Assembly (NCBI GenBank): GCA_040388155.1
Contig: JAZKCJ010000009.1
Span: forward strand, 202,028-266,027
DNA: 64,000 nucleotides
DNA from: Pseudomonadota bacterium
Lineage (GTDB): Bacteria > Pseudomonadota > Alphaproteobacteria > Sphingomonadales > Sphingomonadaceae
Direction of reading: 5' to 3'
Shown here: piece by piece, positions 20,185 through 30,474 of the stretch
How positions within the stretch are numbered: position 1 is the first letter of the stretch
How the letters are laid out: each line of letters opens with the position of its first letter
Notes under the pieces: generated by a model
Seen by the model: only the letters and a program-made list of their open reading frames with translations
Told to the model about the DNA's origin: nothing
Database searches by the model: none
Translations under genes and position numbers: made by a program

Positions 20185-21464
20185 TTGCCTCGATTGCCGA
20201 TCAATATCCCTTGGAACGGTGCGTCGTCGCCGTCCAGTCCGGTTGCCCGGGGGAGGCCGATCAGGTCGCGGACCAGGGGCGCGACGTCGACATTGTCGAA
20301 GCTCGGCAAGGTGCCGGCAGCGCGGATCGCCGGACCGCTGGCGATGAACAGGGCCGCCATTTCCGGTGCCATATTGTCATAGCCGTGATTGCCACGGTCG
20401 CTCATCCTGGCGGACGCGGTCTTCACCACGACCCAGCCGGTATCGGCCAGACAGAAATAGGGCGGGACCCGCGGGTTGGTGCCGTAGTGAAACCGTGCCG
20501 GGATATCGGCCTTGCGCCAGCAGGTGAGGTGATCGTGCGGCTTGAGCAGCGAAGCCTCAAGCGCTGCCTCGTGCCCGGGAACGGCGGCAAGCGAGACATA
20601 GGTCGTCGCCTCGATCACGCGATAGTCCGCTGGATCGGCGATCCGGTCGATCGGGATGGTCCTGTCCTGGCTCGTCTCTGCCATGCCGTGGTCGGCGACG
20701 ACCACCAGATTGGCCGGCTGGCCCATCCCGGCAAGCCCCCGGACCAGCTGGCCGATCGCCGCATCGACCTCACCGACCGCCGCCGTCGTTCGCGCATCAC
20801 CGGGGCCGAAATGATGACCGGCGGTATCGACCGTATCGAAATAGAGGGTGACGAATTGCGGGCGGATGGATGCCGGGCGGCGAAGCCAGTCGAGCACGGC
20901 GTTGACTCGCTGGGTGTCGTTCACCTGGATGTTGAATTGCTGCCAGTCCTCGGGCCGCGTGCCCCCGGTGATCCCGTTCGGCCATTCCTTCGCGCGGGTG
21001 CCGCCGACCGCGACGTTCGAGCCCGGCCAGAACATCGTCGCGGTGCGGATGCCGGCCTTTTCCGCCGTTACCCAGACTGGTTCGGCCTCACTCCACCAGA
21101 AGGGGTCGTCGGTCTGCATGTCGAAGACCTCGCCCGGCCGTTGGCTGTCCTCCATCTTGTTGGCGACGATGCCGGTGCGATCGGGCCGAAGGCCGGTCAC
21201 GAGCGTCCAGTGGTTGGGGAAGGTCTTGGACGGGAAGGAAGGCCGCATCGCCGCCCTGACGCCGGTCGAGGCAAGCGCGGTCAGGTTCGGCGTCACGCCC
21301 CGGTCGAGATAGTCGGGGCGGAAGCCGTCGATCGAGACGAGGATGGTGACGGGCGCGCGCGCCTCGGCCGGTGCCCGGGCGAGCGGTGCGGGGGCTGGGA
21401 CAGCGGCGCAGCCGGACGTGCCGACAGCAAGCAGGGCGGCAAGAAGCAGGCGAATGCTGGCCAT
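20181..21464 (-). CDS. nucleotide pyrophosphatase/phosphodiesterase (alkaline phosphatase superfamily), secreted
   Basis: Signal peptide. The FPSKTFPNHWTLVTG nucleophile motif and DHGM motif are present. Confidence 0.85.
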   Translation of the reverse strand: MASIRLLLAALLAVGTSGCAAVPAPAPLARAPAEARAPVTILVSIDGFRPDYLDRGVTPNLTALASTGVRAAMRPSFPSKTFPNHWTLVTGLRPDRTGIVANKMEDSQRPGEVFDMQTDDPFWWSEAEPVWVTAEKAGIRTATMFWPGSNVAVGGTRAKEWPNGITGGTRPEDWQQFNIQVNDTQRVNAVLDWLRRPASIRPQFVTLYFDTVDTAGHHFGPGDARTTAAVGEVDAAIGQLVRGLAGMGQPANLVVVADHGMAETSQDRTIPIDRIADPADYRVIEATTYVSLAAVPGHEAALEASLLKPHDHLTCWRKADIPARFHYGTNPRVPPYFCLADTGWVVVKTASARMSDRGNHGYDNMAPEMAALFIASGPAIRAAGTLPSFDNVDVAPLVRDLIGLPRATGLDGDDAPFQGILIGNRGK

Positions 21465-21569
21465 CGGGCGACTCCATCGGATTCGCCGCCTATTGCCCGA
21501 GTGAGCGCCCGGGGAACAGCATGTAACTGGCCGGTGCGGACGATTGGACCGCCGATCCGGCCCGCGGCC

Positions 21570-22670
21570 TCACACGTTGAAGCGGAACAGCATCACGTCG
21601 CCGTCCTGGACGACATATTCCTTGCCCTCGGCGCGCAGCTTGCCGGCATCGCGCGCGCCGGCCTCGCCCTTGAACGCGACATAATCGTCGAACGCGATCG
21701 TCTCCGCACGGATGAAGCCGCGCTCGAAATCGGTGTGGATCTCGCCTGCCGCCTGCGGTGCCTTGGCACCGACATGGACGGTCCAGGCGCGGGCTTCCTT
21801 GGGGCCGACGGTGAAGAAGGTGAGGAGGTGGAGCAGCTTGTAGCCGGCGGTGATCACGCGGGCGAGGCCGGTTTCCTCAAGCCCCAGCTCCGACAGGAAC
21901 TCGCCGCGTTCGTCCGGCGCCATGGTGGCGATCTCGGCCTCGATCGCGGCCGAAACGACCACCGCCTCGGCGCCCTCCGCCTTCGCCTTTTCGAACACCC
22001 TGGCCGACAGGGCGTTGCCGTGCGCTGCGTCGCCCTCATCGACATTGCAGACATAGAGGACCGGCTTGGACGTCAGCAGCTGCGCCTGGGCGAACACGCG
22101 CGCTTCTTCCTCATCCTTCGGCACGGTCAGCCGTGCCGGCTTGCCCTCGCGCAGCAGCTCGAGCGCCTGGCCGAGCACCGAGGCGGCGATCTTCGCTTCC
22201 TTGTCGCCCTGCTGGCCCTTCTTGATATAATTGGGCACGCGCTTCTCGAGGCTTTCCAGGTCGGACAGCATCAGCTCGGTCTCGACCGTCTCCGCATCAG
22301 CGATCGGATCGACCTTGCCCTCGACATGAGTCACGTCGCCATTCTCGAAGCAGCGCAGCACATGGACGACGGCATCCACCTCGCGGATGTTGCCGAGGAA
22401 CTGGTTGCCGAGGCCTTCGCCCTTGGACGCGCCGCGCACCAGCCCGGCAATGTCGACGAAGCCGAGCTGGGTCTCGATGATCTTGGCCGACCCGGCGATC
22501 GCCGCGAGCTGGTCGAGGCGCTTGTCGGGCACCGCGACGTTTCCGACGTTCGGCTCGATCGTGCAGAACGGATAGTTCGCCGCCTGCGCCGCCGCCGTCT
22601 CCGTCAGCGCGTTGAACAGCGTCGACTTGCCGACATTGGGCAAGCCCACGATACCACAACGGAAACCCAT
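21570..22670 (-). CDS. ychF: redox-regulated ribosome-binding ATPase YchF
   Basis: GIVGLPNVGKST P-loop and a C-terminal TGS-like end (DGDVMLFRFNV). Confidence 0.95.
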   Translation of the reverse strand: MGFRCGIVGLPNVGKSTLFNALTETAAAQAANYPFCTIEPNVGNVAVPDKRLDQLAAIAGSAKIIETQLGFVDIAGLVRGASKGEGLGNQFLGNIREVDAVVHVLRCFENGDVTHVEGKVDPIADAETVETELMLSDLESLEKRVPNYIKKGQQGDKEAKIAASVLGQALELLREGKPARLTVPKDEEEARVFAQAQLLTSKPVLYVCNVDEGDAAHGNALSARVFEKAKAEGAEAVVVSAAIEAEIATMAPDERGEFLSELGLEETGLARVITAGYKLLHLLTFFTVGPKEARAWTVHVGAKAPQAAGEIHTDFERGFIRAETIAFDDYVAFKGEAGARDAGKLRAEGKEYVVQDGDVMLFRFNV

Positions 22671-22776
22671 CTTCGTTCCTTGTCAGATTGTCGCGACCAC
22701 TGCCCTTGCGGGGTCGCTCATGATTGCGCGGCCAGATAGGCGTTTCGCTGGCCCAATGCCAGCGTCAGCGCCAGAC

Positions 22777-23379
22777 TCATCTATAGTTGAAGCTGATGCT
22801 GATCCGCTCGTCCTTCGCGGTGCCCGCCGGGACCTCGTGGCGCAGCCAGCTTTCCCACAGCAGCACGGTGCCTGCTTCCGGCCCGACATAGACGAAGCTG
22901 CGCAGGTCCTCCGGGGCGTCGTCGAGGCGGGTAGGGGCGGCCATCATCAGCGGCAGGCGCGGATCCTCCAGCTTGAGCGGCCCGGCACCCGGCGGCACCG
23001 CCACATACACCGTCCCCGAAACCACGCTGTGCGGATGGATATGGCCCGAATGGGTGCCGCCCGGCTTCAGGACGTTCACCCAGAAGCTGTCGAGCTTCAG
23101 CTTGCGCCCGCCCAGATCGAACGCGCATTCCGCGGCAAACGCGGCGACATGCTTGTTGAGCCGCTTCGCCAGCTCGCCGAAGGTCGGGTCACGCTGCGGC
23201 AAATCGTCGAGCGACGCATAGCTGGTATAGCCGCGATACCCGTTCGCCTTGGACCAATGGCGTCCGGCACGGTCGTCCTCGGCCAGCACGCGGCAGGCAT
23301 GGTCGAGCTCCGCCACGAAATCGGCATCGTTCAGCACGCCCTCGTAGAGCCGCGTCGCGAACAGGCTGCGTACCGTCAT
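22777..23379 (-). CDS. putative 2OG-Fe(II) oxygenase family protein (TIGR02466-like)
   Basis: 200-aa product with H..H metal motif context (GGTHSGHIHPHS) and a C-terminal ISFN. ATGA overlap with the pth stop. Confidence 0.6.
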   Translation of the reverse strand: MTVRSLFATRLYEGVLNDADFVAELDHACRVLAEDDRAGRHWSKANGYRGYTSYASLDDLPQRDPTFGELAKRLNKHVAAFAAECAFDLGGRKLKLDSFWVNVLKPGGTHSGHIHPHSVVSGTVYVAVPPGAGPLKLEDPRLPLMMAAPTRLDDAPEDLRSFVYVGPEAGTVLLWESWLRHEVPAGTAKDERISISFNYR

Positions 23380-23951
23380 TTCGAATCTCCCAGCCGCAGC
23401 GCGACATCGCTCATGAAACGGGCGTCGTTGCCCTCGGCGAGCCACTTCGCCTCGGCCGCCACCGCACCGAGCAGGTCGGTCAGCGGATCCATCTCCGCCT
23501 TGGCATAGTTGCCCAGCACATAGGGGCTGACCTTGTCCTTGTGCCCCGGATGACCGATGCCGATCCGCACCCGGCGGAATGCGTTGCCGATATGCGCCTC
23601 GGTCGAGCGCAGGCCGTTATGCCCGGCGGTGCCGCCGCCGGTCTTCACCTTCACCTTGAACGGCGCGAGATCGAGCTCGTCATGGAAGACGGTCACGTCG
23701 CCGACATCGAGCTTGTAGAAGCGCATCGCCTCGCCGATCGAGCGGCCGCTCTCGTTCATGAAGGTCGCGGGCTTGAGCAGCAGGATCTTCTCGGGGCCGA
23801 TCCGGCCTTCCTGGGTCCAGCCCTGGAAGGCCTTCTTCACCGGGCCGAAATCATGCAGGTCGGCAATCGTGTCGGCGATCATGAAGCCGACATTGTGTCG
23901 CTGCAGCGCATATTGCGCGCCGGGATTACCGAGGCCGACCCAGATCTGCAT
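23376..23951 (-). CDS. pth: peptidyl-tRNA hydrolase
   Basis: VGLGNPG and HNVGF motifs. Confidence 0.95.
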   Translation of the reverse strand: MQIWVGLGNPGAQYALQRHNVGFMIADTIADLHDFGPVKKAFQGWTQEGRIGPEKILLLKPATFMNESGRSIGEAMRFYKLDVGDVTVFHDELDLAPFKVKVKTGGGTAGHNGLRSTEAHIGNAFRRVRIGIGHPGHKDKVSPYVLGNYAKAEMDPLTDLLGAVAAEAKWLAEGNDARFMSDVALRLGDSK

Positions 23952-23960
23952 TAGAAATCA

Positions 23961-24055
23961 CCCCTCCCCTTCAGGGGAGGGGCAGGGGGGGGGCGAGTCG
24001 CAAACGACGTCGCCCGGTACTGCCCCACCCCAACCCCTCCCCTGAAGGGGAGGGG
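23961..24055. repeat. REP-like composite palindrome, family B (CCCCTCCCC-loop-GGGGAGGGG hairpins flanking a central imperfect palindrome), contains a G9 run
   Basis: Hairpins at 23961-23982 and 24034-24055 were read directly. A G-run lies at 23985-23993. Confidence 0.8.
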
Positions 24056-24065
24056 CTTTTTATGT

Positions 24066-24764
24066 TCAGCCTTCCGAGGCTTCGCCTTCGGCGGCTTCGG
24101 CAGCAGCTTCGGCCTCGACTTCGGCGGCATGCTCTTCAGATGCTGCTTCGGCTTCGGCTGCCTCTTCGGCTGCCTGCTCGATCGCTTCGGACTTGAGCGC
24201 CGACGGGGCGACCAGTGTGGCGATGGTGAAGTCGCGATCGTCGATCGCCGACGTGACGCCCTTGGGCAGCTTCACGTTCGAGATGTGGATCGAATCACCC
24301 ACGTCGGTGCCCTTGAGCGAGATGCTGATCTCGTCGGGGATCTCGGCCGCGTCGCAGATCAGCTCGAGCTCGTGGCGGACGATGTTGAGCACGCCGCCGC
24401 GCTTGATGCCCTTGGACAGCTCTTCATCGGTGAACACCACCGGCACGTTGACGTGCACGGTCGCATGCTCGGAGATGCGCAGGAAATCGGCATGGACGGG
24501 ACGATCGGTGACGACGTCGAACGCAACATCCTTGGGCAGGGTGCGCACGGCCTTGCCGTCGATTTCGATCATCACGACGGAATTCATGAAATGACCCGTC
24601 ATCAGGGCGCGCATCAGCGCCTTTTCCTCGATATGGATCGAGGCGGGGTCTTGCTTGTTGCCGTAGATCACGGCGGGTACGCGGCCTTCACGACGAAGCG
24701 AACGGGAGGCTCCCTTGCCAACCTGTCCACGCGTCTCGGCTGCGAGCGTAAGCTGTTCGCTCAT
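24066..24764 (-). CDS. rplY: 50S ribosomal protein L25 / general stress protein Ctc
   Basis: 232-aa long-form L25 with an acidic Ala/Glu-rich tail. The pth-rplY neighbourhood fits. Confidence 0.9.
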   Translation of the reverse strand: MSEQLTLAAETRGQVGKGASRSLRREGRVPAVIYGNKQDPASIHIEEKALMRALMTGHFMNSVVMIEIDGKAVRTLPKDVAFDVVTDRPVHADFLRISEHATVHVNVPVVFTDEELSKGIKRGGVLNIVRHELELICDAAEIPDEISISLKGTDVGDSIHISNVKLPKGVTSAIDDRDFTIATLVAPSALKSEAIEQAAEEAAEAEAASEEHAAEVEAEAAAEAAEGEASEG

Positions 24765-24871
24765 TGCAGTCTCCGATATGCTTGGTTCAAATCTCCGATC
24801 AGGCCTCCAGGGATGACCCTGACCGGAAGCGCGCGCCTATAGGGGAACAAGGGGTGTGAGGCAAGCCTGTG

Positions 24872-24997
24872 CCCTCTCCCTCTCCCGGCGGGAGAGGGAA
24901 GGGGCCCGTCGAGAAGCGATGGGAAGGGTGAGGGGGGCGGTGGTTCCAGATCACCCTCATCCGGCGCTTCGAGCCACCTTCTCCCGACGGGAGAAGG
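24872..24997. repeat. REP-like composite palindrome, family B
   Basis: Hairpins CCCTCTCCC-GGC-GGGAGAGGG (24878-24898) and CCTTCTCCC-GAC-GGGAGAAGG (24977-24997), with a GGTGAGGG/CACCCTCA centre. Confidence 0.8.
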
Positions 24998-25009
24998 GTT
25001 TGAAGAGGG

Positions 25010-25933
25010 TCAGTACTTCACCCGCTTCGCGTTGAGCCGATAGCCCTTGAGCTGCTCCTGCACGCTGTCCTTGCCGGCAAGATGCCCCGCCCCGACCGCG
25101 ATAAACACCACGCCGGGCTGCTTCATGCGCTGGCTGATCCAGTAGGCCCAGCGCTTGTTGCGATCGACCAGCAGGACCTTCTTCACCTCGGGCGAGGCAT
25201 TCAGATCCTCGTTCAGCGTCTTGCCCAGCGCATCGGGATCGCCCCTGGCCCAGCTGTCCACCATCGAGGTCATCGTCGCATCGAGCTTCGGCAGTTCGTC
25301 GATCGTGTTCGACAGGAAGGCGACCTGGGCCGGCATCGAAAGGCTGTCGAAGAAGTTGAGCTGCTCCTCCGCCGTCTCGAGCCCGATCACCGGCTTGCCC
25401 TGCGCCGCCGCCGCCTTGGTGATCGACTGTTCGGGCCCGTTGGTGACGTCATAGCCCTTCTTCATCAGCGGCAGCAGCGACAGGTTGGTCGCCGCATACC
25501 AGGGCTCCATCGAATCGAAGGCGGTCGCGGGCAGGCCGAGGTCGGTCAGCGCCTTGCCCAGTACCGGGCGCTTCGCCTCGGGCAGCCGCTGAGTCAGCGC
25601 GATTCCGTCACGCGCCATGCCCTTGGACGTCACCAGCGCCTGCATCGCGGCCGCGTCGGGCATCACCAGTTCAAGCACGACCTGGCTTGAGGCATCGAAC
25701 GCCTTCTTCACCCCGCCATCGAACCAGCTCAGGCCCGGCTTCAGCACATGGATCGTGCCGAACAGATAGATGGTCGTGTCCTTGTCCCTGATCACCCACA
25801 GGGCCGGATCGGCTTTCCTCACCGCCGCCTTGCCCGCTGCCGCCACTGGCGTCGGGTTTGGGGCGGGCTGGGCGCAGGCTGGCGCCGCGAGCAACAACAT
25901 CAACGGCGCGATCAGCTTGCCGAGCATCTTCAT
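25010..25933 (-). CDS. TraB/GumN family protein, secreted
   Basis: Signal peptide plus the TTIYLFGTIHVLKPG motif. Confidence 0.8.
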   Translation of the reverse strand: MKMLGKLIAPLMLLLAAPACAQPAPNPTPVAAAGKAAVRKADPALWVIRDKDTTIYLFGTIHVLKPGLSWFDGGVKKAFDASSQVVLELVMPDAAAMQALVTSKGMARDGIALTQRLPEAKRPVLGKALTDLGLPATAFDSMEPWYAATNLSLLPLMKKGYDVTNGPEQSITKAAAAQGKPVIGLETAEEQLNFFDSLSMPAQVAFLSNTIDELPKLDATMTSMVDSWARGDPDALGKTLNEDLNASPEVKKVLLVDRNKRWAYWISQRMKQPGVVFIAVGAGHLAGKDSVQEQLKGYRLNAKRVKY

Positions 25934-25982
25934 ACACGTGTCCCGAAAGGAATGACGGGCGTGCTTATCGGCAATCCGGGCG

Positions 25983-27128
25983 TCACTCCACCCGCTTTAC
26001 CGTGATTCCGCGCTGGCGAAGCAGGTCGAGCACCGACCCCGGGCCGACGAAATGCCCCGCGCCTGCCGCGAACAGGGCCGTGCCGGGCAGACGCAGGCGT
26101 TGCACGAGGCTGTCGGCCCATGCCCGGTTGCGGCTGGTCAGCAGGGGGACGGACAGGGCATCGGTCCCGCTCGACCCAACCATATCCACCGTCAGCGCCG
26201 AGTCCGGTCCGACCTCGCCCTTGGCCCAGGCGTGGATCGGCGCGCGGAGTTCGGCCCGGCTCCGCTCCGGCGCGTCGAGCGCCAGATCGAGCATGCGGCG
26301 CTGCTCGGCCTCCGGAATCGCGCTGGCCGCCGCATAGACCCTGGTGCCGTCCTCGATCGGCACGACCGGCTTGCCCGCGGCGCGGAACCGGTCGGTCAGC
26401 CAGTCGTCCGCGCCGGGCCCCGGGATCTCGCCGGCGCGGAAGTCGCGGACATAGCCGATCGCGACCGCGGCGATCCAGGTCGGCATGCCGTCAAGCGCTG
26501 CGGCAGCTTCCGGGGCGAGCCCGTCGGTGAAGCGCTTGAGCGCGGCGCGATGATCGGGCGAGACGCGGGTCCTGAGCGGCGGCAGAGCGAGGGCAGGCTG
26601 GCCGGCGAGCACATCGGCCGGGCTCTTCTCCTCAACCGATTCGACGATCAGGGACCCTGACTGGCGCACCACCCGGTCTAGCGTCGGGCTGCGCCACTGG
26701 AAACCCGGCGGCAGGATATGGATCGTGCCGAACAGGTAGATCGTCGAATCACGATCGCCGATCTTCCAGATCGCCGGGCGCGGCCGGTAATTCTGCGAAA
26801 GCTGCGCCAGCGCGATCCGCGCATCGGCGGCGCGCATCTCAACGGGGGTGGGGATGTCGCCCGATTCAACGCTGTCGAGCGCATAACGGACCGGCGCGAT
26901 GCGCTCGTCCGGCGGGAGCACGGGATAGGCAATGCGGGGCGGCCCCACCTTATGTCCGCGCCAGATGACGAGGCCGGGCTCGCTGATCGGGGGATAGGCG
27001 ATCCGTTGCGCGGTTGCGGGGAGGGGCCCCGCGACCGACACGATGAGCGACACGATTCCCGCGAGCCCCACAGCGATGCGCCGTACCCCAAAGCCGTTTT
27101 CCGGCCCCCGCGCACCAGTTCGGGCCAT
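25983..27128 (-). CDS. TraB/GumN family protein, secreted (tandem paralog)
   Basis: STIYLFGTIHILPPG motif. Start uncertain: ATG 27128 or TTG 27146. Confidence 0.75.
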   Translation of the reverse strand: MARTGARGPENGFGVRRIAVGLAGIVSLIVSVAGPLPATAQRIAYPPISEPGLVIWRGHKVGPPRIAYPVLPPDERIAPVRYALDSVESGDIPTPVEMRAADARIALAQLSQNYRPRPAIWKIGDRDSTIYLFGTIHILPPGFQWRSPTLDRVVRQSGSLIVESVEEKSPADVLAGQPALALPPLRTRVSPDHRAALKRFTDGLAPEAAAALDGMPTWIAAVAIGYVRDFRAGEIPGPGADDWLTDRFRAAGKPVVPIEDGTRVYAAASAIPEAEQRRMLDLALDAPERSRAELRAPIHAWAKGEVGPDSALTVDMVGSSGTDALSVPLLTSRNRAWADSLVQRLRLPGTALFAAGAGHFVGPGSVLDLLRQRGITVKRVE

Positions 27129-27246
27129 ATGGTTAACACGCCCCAAACCATGATCGCTGTCAATTGGTGGCGGTTGACCCTTTTCGGGGCATGCGCCAAA
27201 GCGGCGCGCATCGATTTACCGCATCTGCGAAGGGTTTTCCTCGACC

Positions 27247-28113
27247 GTGACTGAGCCGCTGAGCTTCCAGCGCATGATCCTCAAGCTCCATGATTACTGG
27301 AGCGAGCGCGGCTGCCTCATCCTCCAGCCCTATGACATGGAGATGGGGGCAGGCACCTTCCACCCGGCGACGACGTTGCGCGCGCTCGGCCCGGAGCCGT
27401 GGAATGCCGCCTTCGTCCAGCCCTGCCGCCGCCCGACCGACGGCCGCTACGGTGAGAATCCCAATCGGGGACAACATTATTATCAATATCAGGTGATCCT
27501 GAAGCCGAGCCCGCCCGACCTGCAGGAACTGTATCTCGGTTCGCTGGCCGCGATCGGCATCGATTTCACCCGCCACGACATCCGTTTTGTCGAGGACGAC
27601 TGGGAGAGCCCGACGCTCGGCGCCTGGGGGCTCGGCTGGGAAGTCTGGTGCGACGGCATGGAGGTGACCCAGTTCACCTATTTCCAGCAGATGGGCGGCT
27701 TCGACTGCAAGCCGGTCGCGGGCGAGCTGACCTACGGGCTCGAACGCCTGGCCATGTATCTGCAGAACAAGGATTCGATGTACGACCTCGCGTTCAACGA
27801 TCACGGCGTGACGTACGGCGACGTGTTCCTCGAAAACGAGAAGCAGATGTCGGCCTGGAATTTCGAGGTCGCCGATACCGACCGGCTGTTCGACCTGTTC
27901 CGCAAGGCGACCGCCGAGTGCGAGAACTGCCTCGAGGCGAAGCTGCCGATCCCCGCGTACGAGCAGGCGATCAAGGCGAGCCATGTGTTCAACCTGCTCC
28001 AGGCGCGCGGCGTGATCTCGGTCGCCGAGCGTCAGGCCTATATGGGCCGGGTGCGCGATCTGGCGAAGGGCAGCTGCCAGGCGTGGATGGACAAGAACGG
28101 GTGGACGGCGTGA
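27247..28113 (+). CDS. glyQ: glycine--tRNA ligase alpha subunit
   Basis: Highly conserved GlyQ sequence ([29 protein letters not shown]). Confidence 0.95.
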   Translation: MTEPLSFQRMILKLHDYWSERGCLILQPYDMEMGAGTFHPATTLRALGPEPWNAAFVQPCRRPTDGRYGENPNRGQHYYQYQVILKPSPPDLQELYLGSLAAIGIDFTRHDIRFVEDDWESPTLGAWGLGWEVWCDGMEVTQFTYFQQMGGFDCKPVAGELTYGLERLAMYLQNKDSMYDLAFNDHGVTYGDVFLENEKQMSAWNFEVADTDRLFDLFRKATAECENCLEAKLPIPAYEQAIKASHVFNLLQARGVISVAERQAYMGRVRDLAKGSCQAWMDKNGWTA

Positions 28114-28155
28114 TGGGCGTGACGGCATTCCTTCCCGTGCCGGGGAGGAGCAGAA

Positions 28156-30393
28156 ATGACTGACTTCCTTCTCGAACTTCGCTCGGAAGAAATCCCCGCG
28201 CGCATGCAGGACAAGGCGCGCGACGATCTCGCGCGCCTGTTCGCGGCTGAGCTCGACAAGGCGGGCCTGCGCGCGGACGCGATCGTCACCTTCGCAACCC
28301 CGCGTCGGCTGACCCTCATTGCACGCGACCTACCCATTGAAACCGAGGCCACCAGCGAGGAACGCAAGGGCCCCCGCGCCGATGCGCCGGCCCAGGCGCT
28401 TGAGGGCTTCCTCCGCTCGACCGGCCTGACCCGCGACCAGCTCGAGGAGCGCGACGACGGCAAGGGCAACAAGGTGCTGTTCGCCGTCACGCAGAAGCCC
28501 GGCCGTGCCACTGCCGACGTGCTGGCCGAGGCGATCCCCGCGATCATCCGCGTCTTTCCCTGGCCCAAGTCGATGCGCTGGGGCGATGGCTCCATCTCGA
28601 CCGAGAGCCTGCGCTGGGTCCGCCCGCTCCAGGGGATCGTCGCGTTGCTCGGCGAGGACGTCGTGCCGTTCGAAATCGCCGGCATCGCCTCGGGCGCGGC
28701 GACCGTCGGCCACCGCTTCCATCATCCGGGCGTCATCACCATCGGCTCGGCCTCGGACTATGCCGAGAAGCTGCGCGCCTGCCATGTCCTGGTCGACCAG
28801 GACGAACGCCGCGCGATCATCCGCGAGCGTGCCTCGGCGCTGGCCGCCGAGGCCGGGCTCGACCTGATCGAAGACGAGGGGCTGGTCGCCGAGAATGCCG
28901 GCCTGACCGAGTGGCCGGTCCCGTTGCTCGGTCGTTTCGATCCCGAGTTCCTGAGCGTCCCGCCGGAGGTGATCCAGCTCACCGCCCGCGTGAACCAGAA
29001 ATATTTCGTTTGTCGCGACGGCGCAGGAAAGCTTGCCAACGCCTTCATTTGTACAGCGAACATCGACGCGGTCGATGGCGGCGCGAAGATCGTCGAAGGC
29101 AATCGCAAGGTGATCGCGGCGCGGCTGTCCGACGCGAAGTTCTTCTACGAAACCGATCTCAAGGTGCCGCTCGACGAGCAGGCGCTGAAGCTCGGGAAGA
29201 TCGTCTTTCACGAGAAGCTCGGGACCGTGGCCGACAAGGTCGAGCGGGTCGCGAAGCTGGCGCGCTGGCTGGTCGAGGAAGGCATTGTCGGAGGGGCAAG
29301 TCCCTCCTCCGCCGCTATCGCTTCGCCGGCGGATCTCGCTGAACGTGCCGCGCGCCTCGCCAAGGCTGACCTCGTCACCGGGATGGTCGGTGAGTTTCCC
29401 GAGCTTCAGGGCTTGATGGGTGGCTATTATGCGCGCGCCCAAGGCGAAGATCCCCGGGTCGCCGACGCGATCCGCGATCATTACAAGCCGGTCGGGCAGG
29501 GAGACGATGTTCCCACCGCGCCCATAACGGTCGCCGTGTCGCTTGCCGACAAGCTCGATACCATCGGTTCCTTCTTTGCGGTCAATGAGAAACCGACCGG
29601 ATCGAAGGATCCGTTTGGCCTGCGACGTGCCGCGCTCGCGGTGATTGCCCTCGCGATTGAAAACGACCTTCGCTTCAATCTGAAGGCGCCGCTTTGGGCG
29701 ACCGCCCAAATGCTGAGGTTCCAGCGCGGCGCGGCTGAAGGCGTGGCCGCATCGCTGGCGTTGCTCGACGTCTTCAGCCTCATGTACGAGGGCGACCAGA
29801 GGCTGACGCGCGAGGCGACCGCAGCGGCGCTCAAGGCGAGACTTGCTGCGCCAGACAAGCAGGACGACCCGATCGACCTCGATGACGCGGTCAATTTCTT
29901 CGCCGACCGTCTCAAGGTCCAGCAACGCGAAGCCGGTATCCGCCATGACCTGATCGACGCGGTCTTCGCGCTCGGCGGCGAGGACGATCTCGTCCGCCTG
30001 CTCGCCCGCGTGCACGCACTTCAGGGGTTCGTCATCACCGAGGACGGCACCAATCTCCTCGCCGGCTACAAGCGTGCCGCGAACATCCTCAAGAAGGAGG
30101 GCTTTACCGCCGCCGAGGATAAAAAGCTGTCCTACGAGCCCGAACCCGCCGAAAGCGCGCTCGTCGCCGCGCTCGATTCTGCCGAGCCGCGTGCGCGCGA
30201 CGCCGTGGGGGCTGAGGATTTCGAGGGGGCAATGGCGGCACTGGCGAGCCTGAGGGGACCGATCGACCGGTTCTTCGACGATGTGACCGTCAACGATCCC
30301 GATCCTGCGAAGCGCGATGCACGCCTTGCGCTGCTCGCGCGGGTCCGCAACGCGGTCCACTCGGTCGCCGACTTCTCCAAGATCGAGGGCTGA
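28156..30393 (+). CDS. glyS: glycine--tRNA ligase beta subunit
   Basis: 745-aa product that follows glyQ. The N-terminus (LLELRSEEIPARMQ) is typical. Confidence 0.95.
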   Translation: MTDFLLELRSEEIPARMQDKARDDLARLFAAELDKAGLRADAIVTFATPRRLTLIARDLPIETEATSEERKGPRADAPAQALEGFLRSTGLTRDQLEERDDGKGNKVLFAVTQKPGRATADVLAEAIPAIIRVFPWPKSMRWGDGSISTESLRWVRPLQGIVALLGEDVVPFEIAGIASGAATVGHRFHHPGVITIGSASDYAEKLRACHVLVDQDERRAIIRERASALAAEAGLDLIEDEGLVAENAGLTEWPVPLLGRFDPEFLSVPPEVIQLTARVNQKYFVCRDGAGKLANAFICTANIDAVDGGAKIVEGNRKVIAARLSDAKFFYETDLKVPLDEQALKLGKIVFHEKLGTVADKVERVAKLARWLVEEGIVGGASPSSAAIASPADLAERAARLAKADLVTGMVGEFPELQGLMGGYYARAQGEDPRVADAIRDHYKPVGQGDDVPTAPITVAVSLADKLDTIGSFFAVNEKPTGSKDPFGLRRAALAVIALAIENDLRFNLKAPLWATAQMLRFQRGAAEGVAASLALLDVFSLMYEGDQRLTREATAAALKARLAAPDKQDDPIDLDDAVNFFADRLKVQQREAGIRHDLIDAVFALGGEDDLVRLLARVHALQGFVITEDGTNLLAGYKRAANILKKEGFTAAEDKKLSYEPEPAESALVAALDSAEPRARDAVGAEDFEGAMAALASLRGPIDRFFDDVTVNDPDPAKRDARLALLARVRNAVHSVADFSKIEG

Positions 30394-30474
30394 CGCACGC
30401 ACGTTCGCCCCGCCAGACACACTACCCTTTGCCTCGCCTCCCCAGCGAAAACCAGGCACACAGAGGACTGACGA

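Noticed and set aside
20211-22739. 842-aa plus-strand ORF opposite the phosphodiesterase and ychF genes
   Set aside because: Antisense to well-supported genes, with no domain signatures. The same applies to 59565..61580 (opposite ilvI), 51952..53625, 783..1979 and 13812..15317.
25010-27146. Tandem TraB/GumN genes as a novel system
   Set aside because: Ordinary tandem paralogs of a common secreted family. Nothing unusual in sequence or context.
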